Virus record (IMG/VR): IMGVR_UViG_3300032303_003166
Span: 29,584-93,583 of that record
Direction: 5' to 3' (one strand)
DNA from: a virus
Taxonomy: Duplodnaviria > Caudoviricetes
Length of the DNA: 64,000 bases
Position 1 is the first letter of the stretch. Every line of letters begins with the position of its first letter. A program made the position numbers and the translations under genes. Shown piece after piece: positions 40,122 through 51,449 of the stretch. The notes below the pieces were generated by a model that was not told the DNA's origin, made no database searches, and worked only from the letters and a program-made list of their open reading frames with translations.

Positions 40122-43100
40122 ATGTCTGATCCAATCTATATCACAGACACTAGTACACAAAGTTTTACTACATTAAGAGCATCCGGAGATGGTAAAACCG
40201 CCACCTTAGAATTTACACCTCAAACATATTCTCCATTTATTATAGGAGATAGCATAGTTGTATCATCAATAACTCCAATTGGCTATCAGGGTACTTATTC
40301 AGTAACAGATTGCACTACTTCATCAGTTAGTTATAATAATATAACCAGAGGTGATCAAATAAGTGCTGGCACTATAACTTCTTCTATGATTCTTACCTCA
40401 GAAGATATGCCTATACCAGATCTAGAACAAACTTTGCCATCATTTTTAACTGAATTTACTTGGGGATCTTTTTTAAAATCACTTTATGACCAAGAAAATG
40501 CAGACTTTTTATTTGAAATATATAGGTTATTAGAAAATTTATACCCAGACAAAACATATTTCTCTGATATTTTAACAAGTGATGAAATTGATAATATTTT
40601 TTCAGGATCCTCTAAAATTATTGGTCATAATCCAAGCTATAAATTCTTGGTGGAATGGTCACAATCTTTAAATTTAACAGAAAGAGAACGAAAAAAATTA
40701 TCTTGGAGAATTAAAGATCTAGAAACTATAGCGTACAGAAGAAAATATTATGGATCTTTAATAGGATATGAAATGATCTTTTCTTCATTAGAAAGAAGCG
40801 GATCTGTTTATCTGGTTGGAGAATACCCAACAACTTTTGATACAAACTTTAAAAGACAATTTAGACTGGTAGATAAAACAAATAATTATAAATTCTTACC
40901 AACAAGTGATGTTATTTTATCATATGTCAATGGTAAATCATCATATCCATATTCTGGATACTCAAGTGGATTTATAAATGTTTCAGACTATGAAAGTGAA
41001 TATCCTTCATCATCTATTTCCTGGGATGGATTTACTAATCTTACTCCATTATTTTCAAATAAAACCATTGTATTGGACCTGTCTCTTGATACTGTACTTA
41101 CTCACTTTAACACACTTCACACCTATTCTTCTTTATTAGACATAACCTGGCTAAATTATATTAATAAAAATGCTATTTCTTCAAAAAGAATAACTGAAAA
41201 TATAAAAATTGGATCTCAATTAAACATAGTAGTAGATAATTCAGGATTTTACACAAAAGTTACAGGATCAAATTATACGCATCCAGACACTCAAGTAAAG
41301 GCATTTGTATTCAATAGTAACTATTTAGAAAATTCTCAAATTAGCAAGATAAGATTAGGAACGGCTGGAATATCAAAAGTTAGAAATGGTTGGTTTAAAT
41401 CTATTGATGATGTAAAACCATTGCCTCTTTTTGGACAATCAACTTATGATTATACTACATATGTAGACTTAACTCAAGTAAATAATAACAATATAGCCAC
41501 ACCTGCGCCTGACGCTTCTGGATACAATGTAGAATCTGAAATTTTTGAATCTTATATTGACACATTAGAATATAAATCAAACATTTATGATGATTATGAT
41601 TACGTAAATGCAATGGTATATTCTGAAAAAATAAAAGATTTAATAAGTCCGTCAACATCTTTAAAAATTGTTCCTATGTTTAAAGATAGCACAACTATAA
41701 ATAATGGTCAGAGCTCAAGTGAAGCTGGCAGTGTAACATATGATTTTACGTCTGCTATTCTTGATCGTAAAGAAATATTTACAACTGATATGATTAATGA
41801 TTCTAGTTATGTAATATCCACACTTGGTAATAACTTCCCGGCATTTACCACATTGGGATCAGATGATAACACAGTTGGAACAATATTTACTTATAATGGA
41901 AATTCTACAGCTGGACACACAGGTACTGTCTATACTTTGTCAGAGGACGGCAATCTAACTCAAAAACGTATCAATGCTATTACCTCTACAATAGATTTTA
42001 AAAGAAGAAGACTTACTCCTGGTTCAATTGATTGCACATTTATTTTATCTCCTAATTTTATAGAAGCATCTACTAAAATTACCAAAATAACTCAAACCAA
42101 CAATCCAAATAATAATTATACTTTCAATTATGGCATCACTACTATAGGACCTGTCATAAATGCAACCAGTGTTGTTGCTGGCAGAACATACAAAATTCTA
42201 ACTGTAGGAACCACCAATTACACAACATTTGGATCAAATAACAATGATATAGGAACAATTTTTACAGCTTATTTTCCTATGGTGACAATTATTGCGTCAT
42301 CTGTAACCGCATCAATAGCAACTTTAACATTTAGCCTTCGTCTAACAAATCCTTTTCCTGTAGGATCAACAATAACTGTATCTGGCGTAGGATCTGGATC
42401 TGGATCGAGCTCATATAACGGAACAAAAACAGTTACAGCTTCAACAAAATATTCAGTTTCTTTTGCTAGCACTGCAACTGGATCTTATAACACAGGAACA
42501 GCTGTTCTTTCTGAAGCTTTTGGAAATGGATCTGTTTATGATATTGGTGTTCATAATATTGTTGCTGGAAAAGTTTATAAAATTATTCAAGTGGGAACAA
42601 GCTCATTTACAGGGGTAGGAGCCGTTAGTAATCTAGCAGGTCAGATTTTTAAAGCAACCCAGAATGCAAGTGGACACATTCTCGGTAGTGGAGCTATTGA
42701 AGACTTGGGAACTCCACTAGTAATTTCAGATGTTACTTCATTTGAAGAAAACTTTTGGATTGATGGTGTGGCTGATGAAGTAAATCCACTATGGCAATAT
42801 CTTATTGTTAAGGACTTTTATAATACAGATACTTTTACATGGGAACAGCGTGTTAGAATTGTAAAAAAGAAAAAAATTAATTTACAACTTCAAGACTCAT
42901 ATTATGATTGGGAAGACATCACAAACACAGATGAAGCTCTAATAAGAATAGAAAAGCCTTTAATTTACACCCCATCAACTTCAACTGTTTTTAGATCAGT
43001 TTCTAAAAATAGTACTCATATAAATCATAATGATGGACTATTAAGTTTTATTGCTATCAATAATTTATCAAATGATAACTATGCAGATTATTTGCTACCT

Positions 43101-43961
43101 CTTAATAACATAATCTCTTCTTCTAATTGCATGTATCTTACATACGTAGGAAAAACAAATACATCTAGTATTATTAGAACTTTCTCTATAAAGGTTACTT
43201 TACCAACCAGTCTGAATAGCAATAATCATTTTACTTATCTTACTCCTATAAGTGTTATTTCAAGCATTGATAGTGTAACTTCAGAAGACTTTATAATTAA
43301 TGATATGTATCAAATCCTGATAATAGGAAATACAAACTTTGGCTCAATAGGAGCAACAACTGTAACATCTGGATCTTTTGAAACAGGCACGGAATATGCA
43401 ATAACCGCGCTAGGTGATACAGCTACTCCTTTTGAAGATATTGGAGCAAGTTTAGTAAATGTAGGTTCTTTTATAATAGGAGCAGAGTACATAATAAAGA
43501 CCCCAGGTGATTCTGATTGGATATCAATAGGAGCTGAAGACGGTAACGCAGGAAATAGATTCATAGCAAATAACACCGGAGCTGATTACCTAGGAATTGG
43601 AACAATAGGAACTGCGTATAAAGTACTTTTTACTTCAACTGGCGCAGGAACCGGAACTGGAACAGCATATAAAACGATATTTACTGCATCTGCAACTGGA
43701 AATGGAACTGGGTCAGCTTCTAGAGTTATAACATCATGGGCTAACCCAGCAGCTTATACCTTTATGAACAATTGCACCAAAAATCTAGCAGATCCAATTA
43801 ATGACGCTGATTCAAGCATTGTTGGAATAACAGAAATGGCTCTTTTTAATAAAAATAATGATATTGTTTTTTATTCATACTTTCCACCAGTTATTTATGA
43901 TTCTGAAAAAAATCATATGTCTTTCAATGTTTTTATAAAGAAGAGCTCTATTACGGTATAG
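40122..43961 (+). CDS. large baseplate/tail-fibre attachment protein with internal repeats
   Basis: C-terminal ITEMALFN..Y.YFPP.; repeated G..YkI...GtT.f..iG modules. Confidence 0.65.
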   Translation: MSDPIYITDTSTQSFTTLRASGDGKTATLEFTPQTYSPFIIGDSIVVSSITPIGYQGTYSVTDCTTSSVSYNNITRGDQISAGTITSSMILTSEDMPIPDLEQTLPSFLTEFTWGSFLKSLYDQENADFLFEIYRLLENLYPDKTYFSDILTSDEIDNIFSGSSKIIGHNPSYKFLVEWSQSLNLTERERKKLSWRIKDLETIAYRRKYYGSLIGYEMIFSSLERSGSVYLVGEYPTTFDTNFKRQFRLVDKTNNYKFLPTSDVILSYVNGKSSYPYSGYSSGFINVSDYESEYPSSSISWDGFTNLTPLFSNKTIVLDLSLDTVLTHFNTLHTYSSLLDITWLNYINKNAISSKRITENIKIGSQLNIVVDNSGFYTKVTGSNYTHPDTQVKAFVFNSNYLENSQISKIRLGTAGISKVRNGWFKSIDDVKPLPLFGQSTYDYTTYVDLTQVNNNNIATPAPDASGYNVESEIFESYIDTLEYKSNIYDDYDYVNAMVYSEKIKDLISPSTSLKIVPMFKDSTTINNGQSSSEAGSVTYDFTSAILDRKEIFTTDMINDSSYVISTLGNNFPAFTTLGSDDNTVGTIFTYNGNSTAGHTGTVYTLSEDGNLTQKRINAITSTIDFKRRRLTPGSIDCTFILSPNFIEASTKITKITQTNNPNNNYTFNYGITTIGPVINATSVVAGRTYKILTVGTTNYTTFGSNNNDIGTIFTAYFPMVTIIASSVTASIATLTFSLRLTNPFPVGSTITVSGVGSGSGSSSYNGTKTVTASTKYSVSFASTATGSYNTGTAVLSEAFGNGSVYDIGVHNIVAGKVYKIIQVGTSSFTGVGAVSNLAGQIFKATQNASGHILGSGAIEDLGTPLVISDVTSFEENFWIDGVADEVNPLWQYLIVKDFYNTDTFTWEQRVRIVKKKKINLQLQDSYYDWEDITNTDEALIRIEKPLIYTPSTSTVFRSVSKNSTHINHNDGLLSFIAINNLSNDNYADYLLPLNNIISSSNCMYLTYVGKTNTSSIIRTFSIKVTLPTSLNSNNHFTYLTPISVISSIDSVTSEDFIINDMYQILIIGNTNFGSIGATTVTSGSFETGTEYAITALGDTATPFEDIGASLVNVGSFIIGAEYIIKTPGDSDWISIGAEDGNAGNRFIANNTGADYLGIGTIGTAYKVLFTSTGAGTGTGTAYKTIFTASATGNGTGSASRVITSWANPAAYTFMNNCTKNLADPINDADSSIVGITEMALFNKNNDIVFYSYFPPVIYDSEKNHMSFNVFIKKSSITV

Positions 43962-44017
43962 TTTTGCATAATTACTAATTACTTGTAGTACTTTGTGACA
44001 GATAAGGATGTAAAGTA

Positions 44018-46774
44018 ATGGGACAATTTGATAAAGATAAGCTACCCTCATGGGTTACACATTGCTACAGATCCATAGATAATAGAGGTACTTGGGTTGA
44101 AGATAAGACATGGAAATTATCTTTTGACGCCGCTCCTACAATATTTTATAGATTACGTTTATTAAAAAATAGATTTCTTAGTGGTGCTATAAATGTTTTA
44201 GACACTCCAATTCCTGGAGCAAACTATCTAAATCATGATCTTATTAGAGTAACTCAGGAAGACAATGGTGCTGGCCATAGTTCAAGCGCTATCTCTTCAG
44301 TGGTTGTTTGGAAATCAAGCGATTCAGATATGACAATTGCGTGCACTAATGCAAATCTTGGTGATGTTGGTTATGGATCTATTCCAAATGACACTTATAG
44401 TATTTTCGTTCAAAACCCAGATGCTGCAGTAACTTCTCAATTAGATTCAGGAGTAGGAACGGCTTATAAAAAAATAGAAATAACAAAATCAGCAGATTTT
44501 GCTGGCTTAGATTATTTTTGGGTAGAAGTAACTTTCATAGGTGACTTCATATCTCCAGCTTCATTCAATCAAAATCTTAATTTAACTTCAAGAGTAGAAC
44601 ATGATAGTCAGATTGTAAATAAACTAAATGTAGTTACTTCATTAGCCACAAAAAATACCTATTCAATGGGTATGAACATAGCGGGATCTTTAAGCATAGC
44701 TATTACTGGAGCTTCTGGTACCGGATCTATAGCAACTTTAACATTTGCTACTCAAAATTATATTCCTTTTACTGTAGGACAATCTATAACAGTTACTGGT
44801 GTTTCTCCAGCTGGATATAACACTGCATCAGCTATAGTAACGTCTTGTACAAATTCAGCTGCAGAAGGATATACAGTAAGCTATTCAAACTCTACAATCA
44901 CTGCATACTCTTCTGGAGGCACTGTTGCTCTAACTACTCCAGTTTTAGCATCAATTTCAGGAGATCTATTAGAAACCACTCAAGGATCTGCTACTGGATA
45001 TTTAAACTTACAAAGTCTTCCAATTATTGCTAGAAGCATATCGTCTGGAGATGGTGAAGTATATTTTAACCAGCCAATGACATTTAATGCAATGAATAAA
45101 GTTAGTGTGCAAAGTTCTCTTCCAAGAGCGGTTACAGGACAAGGAATTATTGCAGACAACACAATTGCTTGGAATGCATGGAAAGATACTGCTTATCGTT
45201 TTGCTATTCAAAATAAAAAAGTAGGTTTCTCTCAAGCAGCCAATAATCCCATAACTTATGATGATACCTCTTCCTCCGCCTACAATATTAAATACGCTTC
45301 AACACTTCAGTTTAATCCGTATGATAGCACTTGGCAAGCTGGTTTAGTTTCTGAAAAAACATCATTTGCTGGAGATGAAGCTACAGCACAATCTGGATAT
45401 GGTGGCCCAACTCTTGTAGGAAATCTTCCTTTCTTGGTGAGATCCGCTGATAGAAAATCAGTAATGAATGCTGATCCTGGAAGAGTAGCTTTCTTCAATC
45501 TTACTAACACAAAAGGAGATCAGTTACAAACTGATATTTCTTTTAAGATATCTGGAACAGAATTAACTACTTCATTTAATGCTCCTAAAATAACCATATC
45601 TAATTTATTTAGAACCGATAATGGTCAAACTATTTATCAGGAATTATCAAATAACAATCACTTTCTTGGACTTACTTCATCGCCAGCCACCATGCTTACT
45701 GACACAGGAAGTGTCATTGCTCTTCATGAAAAAACCACTAAGTCAGCAACAGCTAAATTCTCAGCACTTAGACTAAGTTTATTTAATGAAATAGCGAGTC
45801 TTTCAGTTAAGAGACCAAGCACATCTTATTCTGCAGTTGATAAAGATACTTCTCTTATTAATATTCTTTCATACTCCTTGGACCGCTCAGCAACCTCTGA
45901 CGTATTAAACATTGGTGATTCTGCTGTTACAAACTTAACTACAAATATTACATCAGATACATTGTACTCAAAAATAACTACAAATCATTATGGATATGTT
46001 GGTTCATCTTCCTCCATGACAGCAACACATAATTTTTATGGTGATGTAGGAATGTTTATAGATTCTGGAACCACTGTAGCTGAAGGATCATCTACAAAAT
46101 ATAAGTTAACTTTAAGAGCAACTGCAACAACAACAGACACAACTAATAAGCCGCTAATTGCAGATGGTGGATCTGAATATGAAAGATTGTCCACAAATGG
46201 ATTAATAAGATCTCCTTCAATTGATAAAATTTGGGATTATTTTAGACGAATTGTGGGTTGGAGTGGTGGAACAGCATTAGTAAATGAAAGTGATTCAAAA
46301 TGGAATGTTATTCCTGTTGCTTATAATTTTGCATTATACACAGAAGTATCCAATATTGTTTCTTACACAAACGCAATAACCTACTATAAGCCATTTGCTT
46401 GGGTAACAACTGCAAATGATAATCTTATTGCAGGTTATGAATCTGGAACACTATTAAAAGGCACAAATCCTAAATCTTTAAGACAACTGGAAGTAGAGCT
46501 ATTAAGAGAAAGATTTAATACTATTACTGTAACCAATTATATAAAAGATAGAAAAGTTGACAAAGGTATTTCTGGAAATGATGGAACTGCTGAAACAGAT
46601 TATGGCTCATTATGGCAATTATCCAAGGCTGAAACAGATTATGTAGATGGAACTTACAAATGGTCAGACACATCAACCAACGTTACTAGAGATAGAGTAT
46701 TCCTTGCTGCAGACGGAACTTTTCAACCAGCAAATTCTACCTCTGTGTTTTATTTACCTCTAGTAAGTGCTTAA
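44018..46774 (+). CDS. putative tail fibre/structural protein
   Basis: Ser/Thr-rich 918 aa in the tail block. Confidence 0.55.
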   Translation: MGQFDKDKLPSWVTHCYRSIDNRGTWVEDKTWKLSFDAAPTIFYRLRLLKNRFLSGAINVLDTPIPGANYLNHDLIRVTQEDNGAGHSSSAISSVVVWKSSDSDMTIACTNANLGDVGYGSIPNDTYSIFVQNPDAAVTSQLDSGVGTAYKKIEITKSADFAGLDYFWVEVTFIGDFISPASFNQNLNLTSRVEHDSQIVNKLNVVTSLATKNTYSMGMNIAGSLSIAITGASGTGSIATLTFATQNYIPFTVGQSITVTGVSPAGYNTASAIVTSCTNSAAEGYTVSYSNSTITAYSSGGTVALTTPVLASISGDLLETTQGSATGYLNLQSLPIIARSISSGDGEVYFNQPMTFNAMNKVSVQSSLPRAVTGQGIIADNTIAWNAWKDTAYRFAIQNKKVGFSQAANNPITYDDTSSSAYNIKYASTLQFNPYDSTWQAGLVSEKTSFAGDEATAQSGYGGPTLVGNLPFLVRSADRKSVMNADPGRVAFFNLTNTKGDQLQTDISFKISGTELTTSFNAPKITISNLFRTDNGQTIYQELSNNNHFLGLTSSPATMLTDTGSVIALHEKTTKSATAKFSALRLSLFNEIASLSVKRPSTSYSAVDKDTSLINILSYSLDRSATSDVLNIGDSAVTNLTTNITSDTLYSKITTNHYGYVGSSSSMTATHNFYGDVGMFIDSGTTVAEGSSTKYKLTLRATATTTDTTNKPLIADGGSEYERLSTNGLIRSPSIDKIWDYFRRIVGWSGGTALVNESDSKWNVIPVAYNFALYTEVSNIVSYTNAITYYKPFAWVTTANDNLIAGYESGTLLKGTNPKSLRQLEVELLRERFNTITVTNYIKDRKVDKGISGNDGTAETDYGSLWQLSKAETDYVDGTYKWSDTSTNVTRDRVFLAADGTFQPANSTSVFYLPLVSA

Positions 46775-46811
46775 TGCCACTAACTAATTTGATATAAAGG
46801 AACTTTAAGTA

Positions 46812-49343
46812 ATGGCGCAAAATACAAATGGTGAAATGTGGATAAATCCCACAACAGAGACTGTAAGATTTCATACTGGAAATAAGAAAAGAACTATAAT
46901 TCCAGAGCCATTTTATGTGGCAGGTTCTACAATAAGCAATGGAATGCCTCTTTCGATAAACTCGTTTGGAAAAGCCGTACCACTAAGCGCTCTATCTTAT
47001 ACGAAATGTATAGGAATAGCGAACTCAGACGCCACGTCAGATGCAAATGTAGAAGTAATAACCACTGGTAAAATAACAATTCCTTATGTACTATTTTCAA
47101 CTCAAGACCCGGTGCTAGATTCACTAGGAGCTGAAGACATAGGAAAAGTAGTCTATGCTTCACAAGAACTAGGAAAATATACTTTAAGTAGAGAAACAGC
47201 TGTTCTAAACAGTAGAAATGTAATTGAATTGGGAACTCTTATATCCTACTCTACTGGAGTATCATTTACTATTCAAATTCAACTAAATGGTGATGGTCGT
47301 GGCCCTGTTGGTATAACTCAAGTAGAATATATCATGTCTGATGCACAAATGCTTACTAACCAGTCTGGAGCTTATGCTCCTAGGCTTTATGCTATAGGAA
47401 GTGAAAATACTGGCTCAGCATTTAGTGAGACATTTAGATTTTATAAAAATCTAACATTGTCTGGTTTAAATCAACAATATATCATTTTTTATACTGGACT
47501 ATATGCAATAGGATTTTATTTTACTACAACTGGAAGCTCTACAACAGCTCCAAACTCTCTTGATACAAAATTAAACACGTTAGTTCCTGCCGCTAACAGA
47601 TCTGTTCATGAAATTTTTTATACTGGTGCTAATTTTGTATCAACTACAAGTGTGTATACCACTTCTATTCCAACTTCTTATCTTTCTACTACAAATGGCG
47701 GTCCTCTGGTAGCCAGTCTTATAAAATCACTTCTCGATACAGTACTAACAGCCGTATATAATCAAGCGCTTCTTGGTCTTTCTGGATCAACATCAGCATT
47801 GGCATTAACTGGTGGAGTCATCACAATAAATGACTCTACAAATACAGTTGATTTAACTCTTGCTGGTACATCTAATTCTCCTATTTACACTTTTCTTTCA
47901 GGAGCCAATAACGATCTTAATGGCTTTATTGATAAGAATAATACTTTTATAACTCAAATAGGTAATTCTGCAAATAGTGGAAAAGCTATTATTGCTGATA
48001 ATAGATTTATTGCAACAAGTAATCTTATTGGTTTTCTTGTAAGTGATACTACACAAACCACTCTTACAGCTGGATCAAGCGCATTATTTCAGAAAATTGG
48101 ACAAATTTCTGGGTTTACAGGTTTGACTCCAGGACTTCCAGTGTACCTAGGTCAAAATGGAGAGGTATCACAAAGTGCATCTCAATACGCTGGTTTAAAT
48201 ACTGTTCAAGTAGGACTTGCTCTTTCTTCCACCACAATTGATGCAAGTCTTTCACCAATCTTGGAAAGTCCTGAATTAGATTTTCCAACCGGTGCTGTTC
48301 TTAAGTTGGCAACCGGAATAACAACTGCAAATTATGGTTATAGGCTATGTAATGGCGATACTATTAGTAAAGTTTCAAACACAGAATATACTGAAGTAGT
48401 TGATTATATAAATAAAATAAATGGATCGTCCGGCAATACAGCCACATTACCAAATTTAAACTCTGGTGGAAATTATTATCAAATAAAGGTTTTACGTTTA
48501 GGCGGTACTCCTAAATATCCTTCAGCTTTTCAATATTCTGTAAGTAAAACAAAATCAGAAATTGCTGCTCTTACTGGATCCTGGACAATTGATTATACAA
48601 CATCTTTAGGATCTCTTGCAGATTTTCAATCAGCCAATCTAAGTAAAATTCTTCTTAAGTTTTTCTTAAAGAATGCAGCTGGAACATCTATGGTTGAACT
48701 TCAGCCGGGTATTTTTACTGGTGGAAGCTCACCAACCACTTATGGTTTTACTGTAACAGATGCATTTGTTGATTCTCCTAGAGCATATAAAGTAAAACTT
48801 GACTTCTATGGAGCAGGAACTCCAGTGTTTGGTTATGTTTCAGCAGCTGGAACTTTTACTCCTGCGGCTTCAACAGATATTCTGATTGTTCAAATGTATC
48901 GAGCAGAAAATTATGAATACTTTGCTGGAGCTGAATTAATAAGCTTAAGAGCAAACTCTCATAGTCATGGTAATAAAGCATTCTTAGACACTATTAATCA
49001 AAATATGTCTTTAAGCTCTAATGTCACATTTCCTCAAATAACTGGCGGAACTGCTAGTGGTTCTTCATTAATTTTACGCTCAACCTCAGCATCTGGAACT
49101 ACTGATGCAATTGTGTTTAAGACTGGTAATAGCTCTGAAGCAATGAGAATTACAAATGCTGGTACGCTAGCACTTGGCGCTAATAGCATAACAATGACCG
49201 GATCCCTGGGCGCAATCGGTGCACGAGTTACAAAAGGGTGGTTTACTGATTTAGATGCAACATCTATTACTGGACAGGTTACAATTGCTGGAGGTCTTAC
49301 ACTTCCGTCAGTTCAAGGTTCTGGAAATATTTGGATAGTATAA
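46812..49343 (+). CDS. tail fibre protein with tail-collar domain
   Basis: FPTGAV...GYRLCNGDTISK..EY...LPNL. Confidence 0.7.
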   Translation: MAQNTNGEMWINPTTETVRFHTGNKKRTIIPEPFYVAGSTISNGMPLSINSFGKAVPLSALSYTKCIGIANSDATSDANVEVITTGKITIPYVLFSTQDPVLDSLGAEDIGKVVYASQELGKYTLSRETAVLNSRNVIELGTLISYSTGVSFTIQIQLNGDGRGPVGITQVEYIMSDAQMLTNQSGAYAPRLYAIGSENTGSAFSETFRFYKNLTLSGLNQQYIIFYTGLYAIGFYFTTTGSSTTAPNSLDTKLNTLVPAANRSVHEIFYTGANFVSTTSVYTTSIPTSYLSTTNGGPLVASLIKSLLDTVLTAVYNQALLGLSGSTSALALTGGVITINDSTNTVDLTLAGTSNSPIYTFLSGANNDLNGFIDKNNTFITQIGNSANSGKAIIADNRFIATSNLIGFLVSDTTQTTLTAGSSALFQKIGQISGFTGLTPGLPVYLGQNGEVSQSASQYAGLNTVQVGLALSSTTIDASLSPILESPELDFPTGAVLKLATGITTANYGYRLCNGDTISKVSNTEYTEVVDYINKINGSSGNTATLPNLNSGGNYYQIKVLRLGGTPKYPSAFQYSVSKTKSEIAALTGSWTIDYTTSLGSLADFQSANLSKILLKFFLKNAAGTSMVELQPGIFTGGSSPTTYGFTVTDAFVDSPRAYKVKLDFYGAGTPVFGYVSAAGTFTPAASTDILIVQMYRAENYEYFAGAELISLRANSHSHGNKAFLDTINQNMSLSSNVTFPQITGGTASGSSLILRSTSASGTTDAIVFKTGNSSEAMRITNAGTLALGANSITMTGSLGAIGARVTKGWFTDLDATSITGQVTIAGGLTLPSVQGSGNIWIV

Positions 49344-49359
49344 AGGATAAAAGGGAGAA

Positions 49360-49777
49360 TATGATGAAACTGATTACAATTGGAGATAGTTTTGTACTAT
49401 CTGAACATCGAAGAGATGTTGAAAGAAACAGCGATAGAATGTTTGTTACCTATGGCCTGGCTCTTAAATATGGTGTAGCAATGACCAAAGAGCTGTCTCA
49501 AATAGTGAGACCATATATGTTTGGTTTTGAGGCATCAATTGATCCAATTAAGTGGAAAAAATATAAAGATTACACTAGAGATCAGCTAACTCAAGACGTC
49601 TATGAAGAATTAAAGACTGTGGTTGACGCAGTTTATTCGCAAGATGATGTTAAGATTGCAGCTACATTAAATACTGATCTTAATTTTGGTAGTTTGACTA
49701 CTGGTCTAGCCTATTTTATGTTTCATACTGCATTACTAAAAGATCTACCTATTAGGCTAATTGAAATTAAAGAATAG
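49360..49777 (+). CDS. hypothetical protein (possible fibre chaperone)
   Basis: AGGGAG RBS before MMKL. Confidence 0.5.
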
Positions 49778-49779
49778 TC

Positions 49780-50901
49780 ATGGCTATAAAAATAAAGAAT
49801 TCTTCAGGAGTAGAAGAGATTATTACTCTTTATGCTACAACAGCAGAAATGAATGGAACAGGAATATCCACATCTCATTGGCTTCCTGTATCAAAAAGTA
49901 GTGTAACTTATTACGCAGGACTTATACCAGAGTCTCTTAGTACTCCACCAGAGGTGGTGGCTATGAAATCTAGCCTTAAAGTGTCTATTGGGGGAGTTAC
50001 TTATGCTGTGGCTTTTGCCTCTAAGCAGGCAACAACTAGCACCAACGGGGCCGTTATTCCAGCAACAGCAGACAATAGAGGATTTTTATTGCAGTATTCT
50101 ATTACTGGTGCAAGAGGAGCCGGTGCTGCTGGAGCACAGGGTGGTGGAGGAACAGTAGCAGCTAGCAATCCAGTATCTGTTCCTAACCTATGGTATGGAG
50201 TAGCAATAGCGGGAGGCTCTGGCTCAGCTGGAGCAAACTCAGCTGTTCCTACAACATCCTCTCGAGCTCTTACTGCTCTAACTACATCAGAAGCCAATCA
50301 GTGGATTGGTAGCACGGTTACTTTGTCTTCAGGTGCAGCAACTGCTGCTACAAGTGGAGCTGCAAACTACTCTACTCAAGGGCTTTTGTTTACATACAAG
50401 CTTGCATCAGCTCCTGGTAATACTAGATATAGTGTAGGACCGGGAGCTGCGGCAAAAGACAGCGCACCAGGAGCAGGAGGGTCTTCTTCTTCTTTGACTA
50501 CATCTGGAGGTTACACTGCAACTGGATCAGGAACATCTGGAGGTAGTGGGACTTCAAATCAGAGCGGTACTCAAGTCGGTCTTGAAGATAGATGGGTTCT
50601 TTATGTTACAGGTTCTCGCGGTGGCGCAGGAGGAGGCCCAGTAGGAGGTGACGGACAATTTGCACAATTTACTGTCAACCCTGGTGTCAATTTTCCCTAT
50701 ACACAAAAAAATGCTGGTTCGCAAGGCGTTTCCACTGGCAATGGTGGAACAGGTGGTGCTGGAGGGAATGTTACGTACTATAGTATTAGTAATGCGCTAA
50801 CTTTAAGTGGAACTGGTGGTAGCTCTGGAAGTAATGGAGCAGCTGGAGATGCTGGATCAGCTTCTTACACTGCTACCTATTGGATAAAAGGAGCTTATTA
50901 A
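49780..50901 (+). CDS. glycine-rich tail-tip/adhesin-like protein
   Basis: Multiple GGxGG tracts. Confidence 0.55.
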   Translation: MAIKIKNSSGVEEIITLYATTAEMNGTGISTSHWLPVSKSSVTYYAGLIPESLSTPPEVVAMKSSLKVSIGGVTYAVAFASKQATTSTNGAVIPATADNRGFLLQYSITGARGAGAAGAQGGGGTVAASNPVSVPNLWYGVAIAGGSGSAGANSAVPTTSSRALTALTTSEANQWIGSTVTLSSGAATAATSGAANYSTQGLLFTYKLASAPGNTRYSVGPGAAAKDSAPGAGGSSSSLTTSGGYTATGSGTSGGSGTSNQSGTQVGLEDRWVLYVTGSRGGAGGGPVGGDGQFAQFTVNPGVNFPYTQKNAGSQGVSTGNGGTGGAGGNVTYYSISNALTLSGTGGSSGSNGAAGDAGSASYTATYWIKGAY

Positions 50902-50906
50902 AAACT

Positions 50907-51449
50907 ATGAATATTATTGTCAAAAGAAAACGGTCATCTTACAACTATAAAGCCAATGGAGACGCCTCACCAGACGATTGGCATAATAATGATCACAATA
51001 ACAGCATGGATACCATTGAGCTCTGGGACGCTGGAGCACTGCTTCATGCAACACGAGTACAAACTGTGGCTAACATGCCTGGCGCACGTTTTAAAGATAC
51101 CATCAAGCCCGGGCCATTTGGCATCAAACTGTTTGTTGAGCCACGAGCTTTTCGTGGACGTATTCATGGTATTGTAAACACAACAGACTTTGATGGTCAA
51201 GAGATTGATGGCCGATCTATACAACCCGTTCCAGGAAAAGATGGTGGTCCAGTAAATGTTGAACGCTGGTTATTTCATGATACTCAAAAGCATGCTCCTG
51301 CACCCGTTGGTGAGGTTACACGAGTAGCCTGGTCAGCCGGATGTTTTATTGTGGCTCCTGTAGATCTTGAGATTTTTGGAAATCTTTTTACGTCTCATGG
51401 ATTGAAAGCTGGAGATATTGTGCCTGGAGAACTGGTGGAAATAGAATGA
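50907..51449 (+). CDS. putative cell-wall enzyme, YkuD/L,D-transpeptidase-like (DUF5675-like)
   Basis: RWLFHD...WSAGCF His/Cys motif; adjacent to a holin-like gene. Confidence 0.55.
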   Translation: MNIIVKRKRSSYNYKANGDASPDDWHNNDHNNSMDTIELWDAGALLHATRVQTVANMPGARFKDTIKPGPFGIKLFVEPRAFRGRIHGIVNTTDFDGQEIDGRSIQPVPGKDGGPVNVERWLFHDTQKHAPAPVGEVTRVAWSAGCFIVAPVDLEIFGNLFTSHGLKAGDIVPGELVEIE

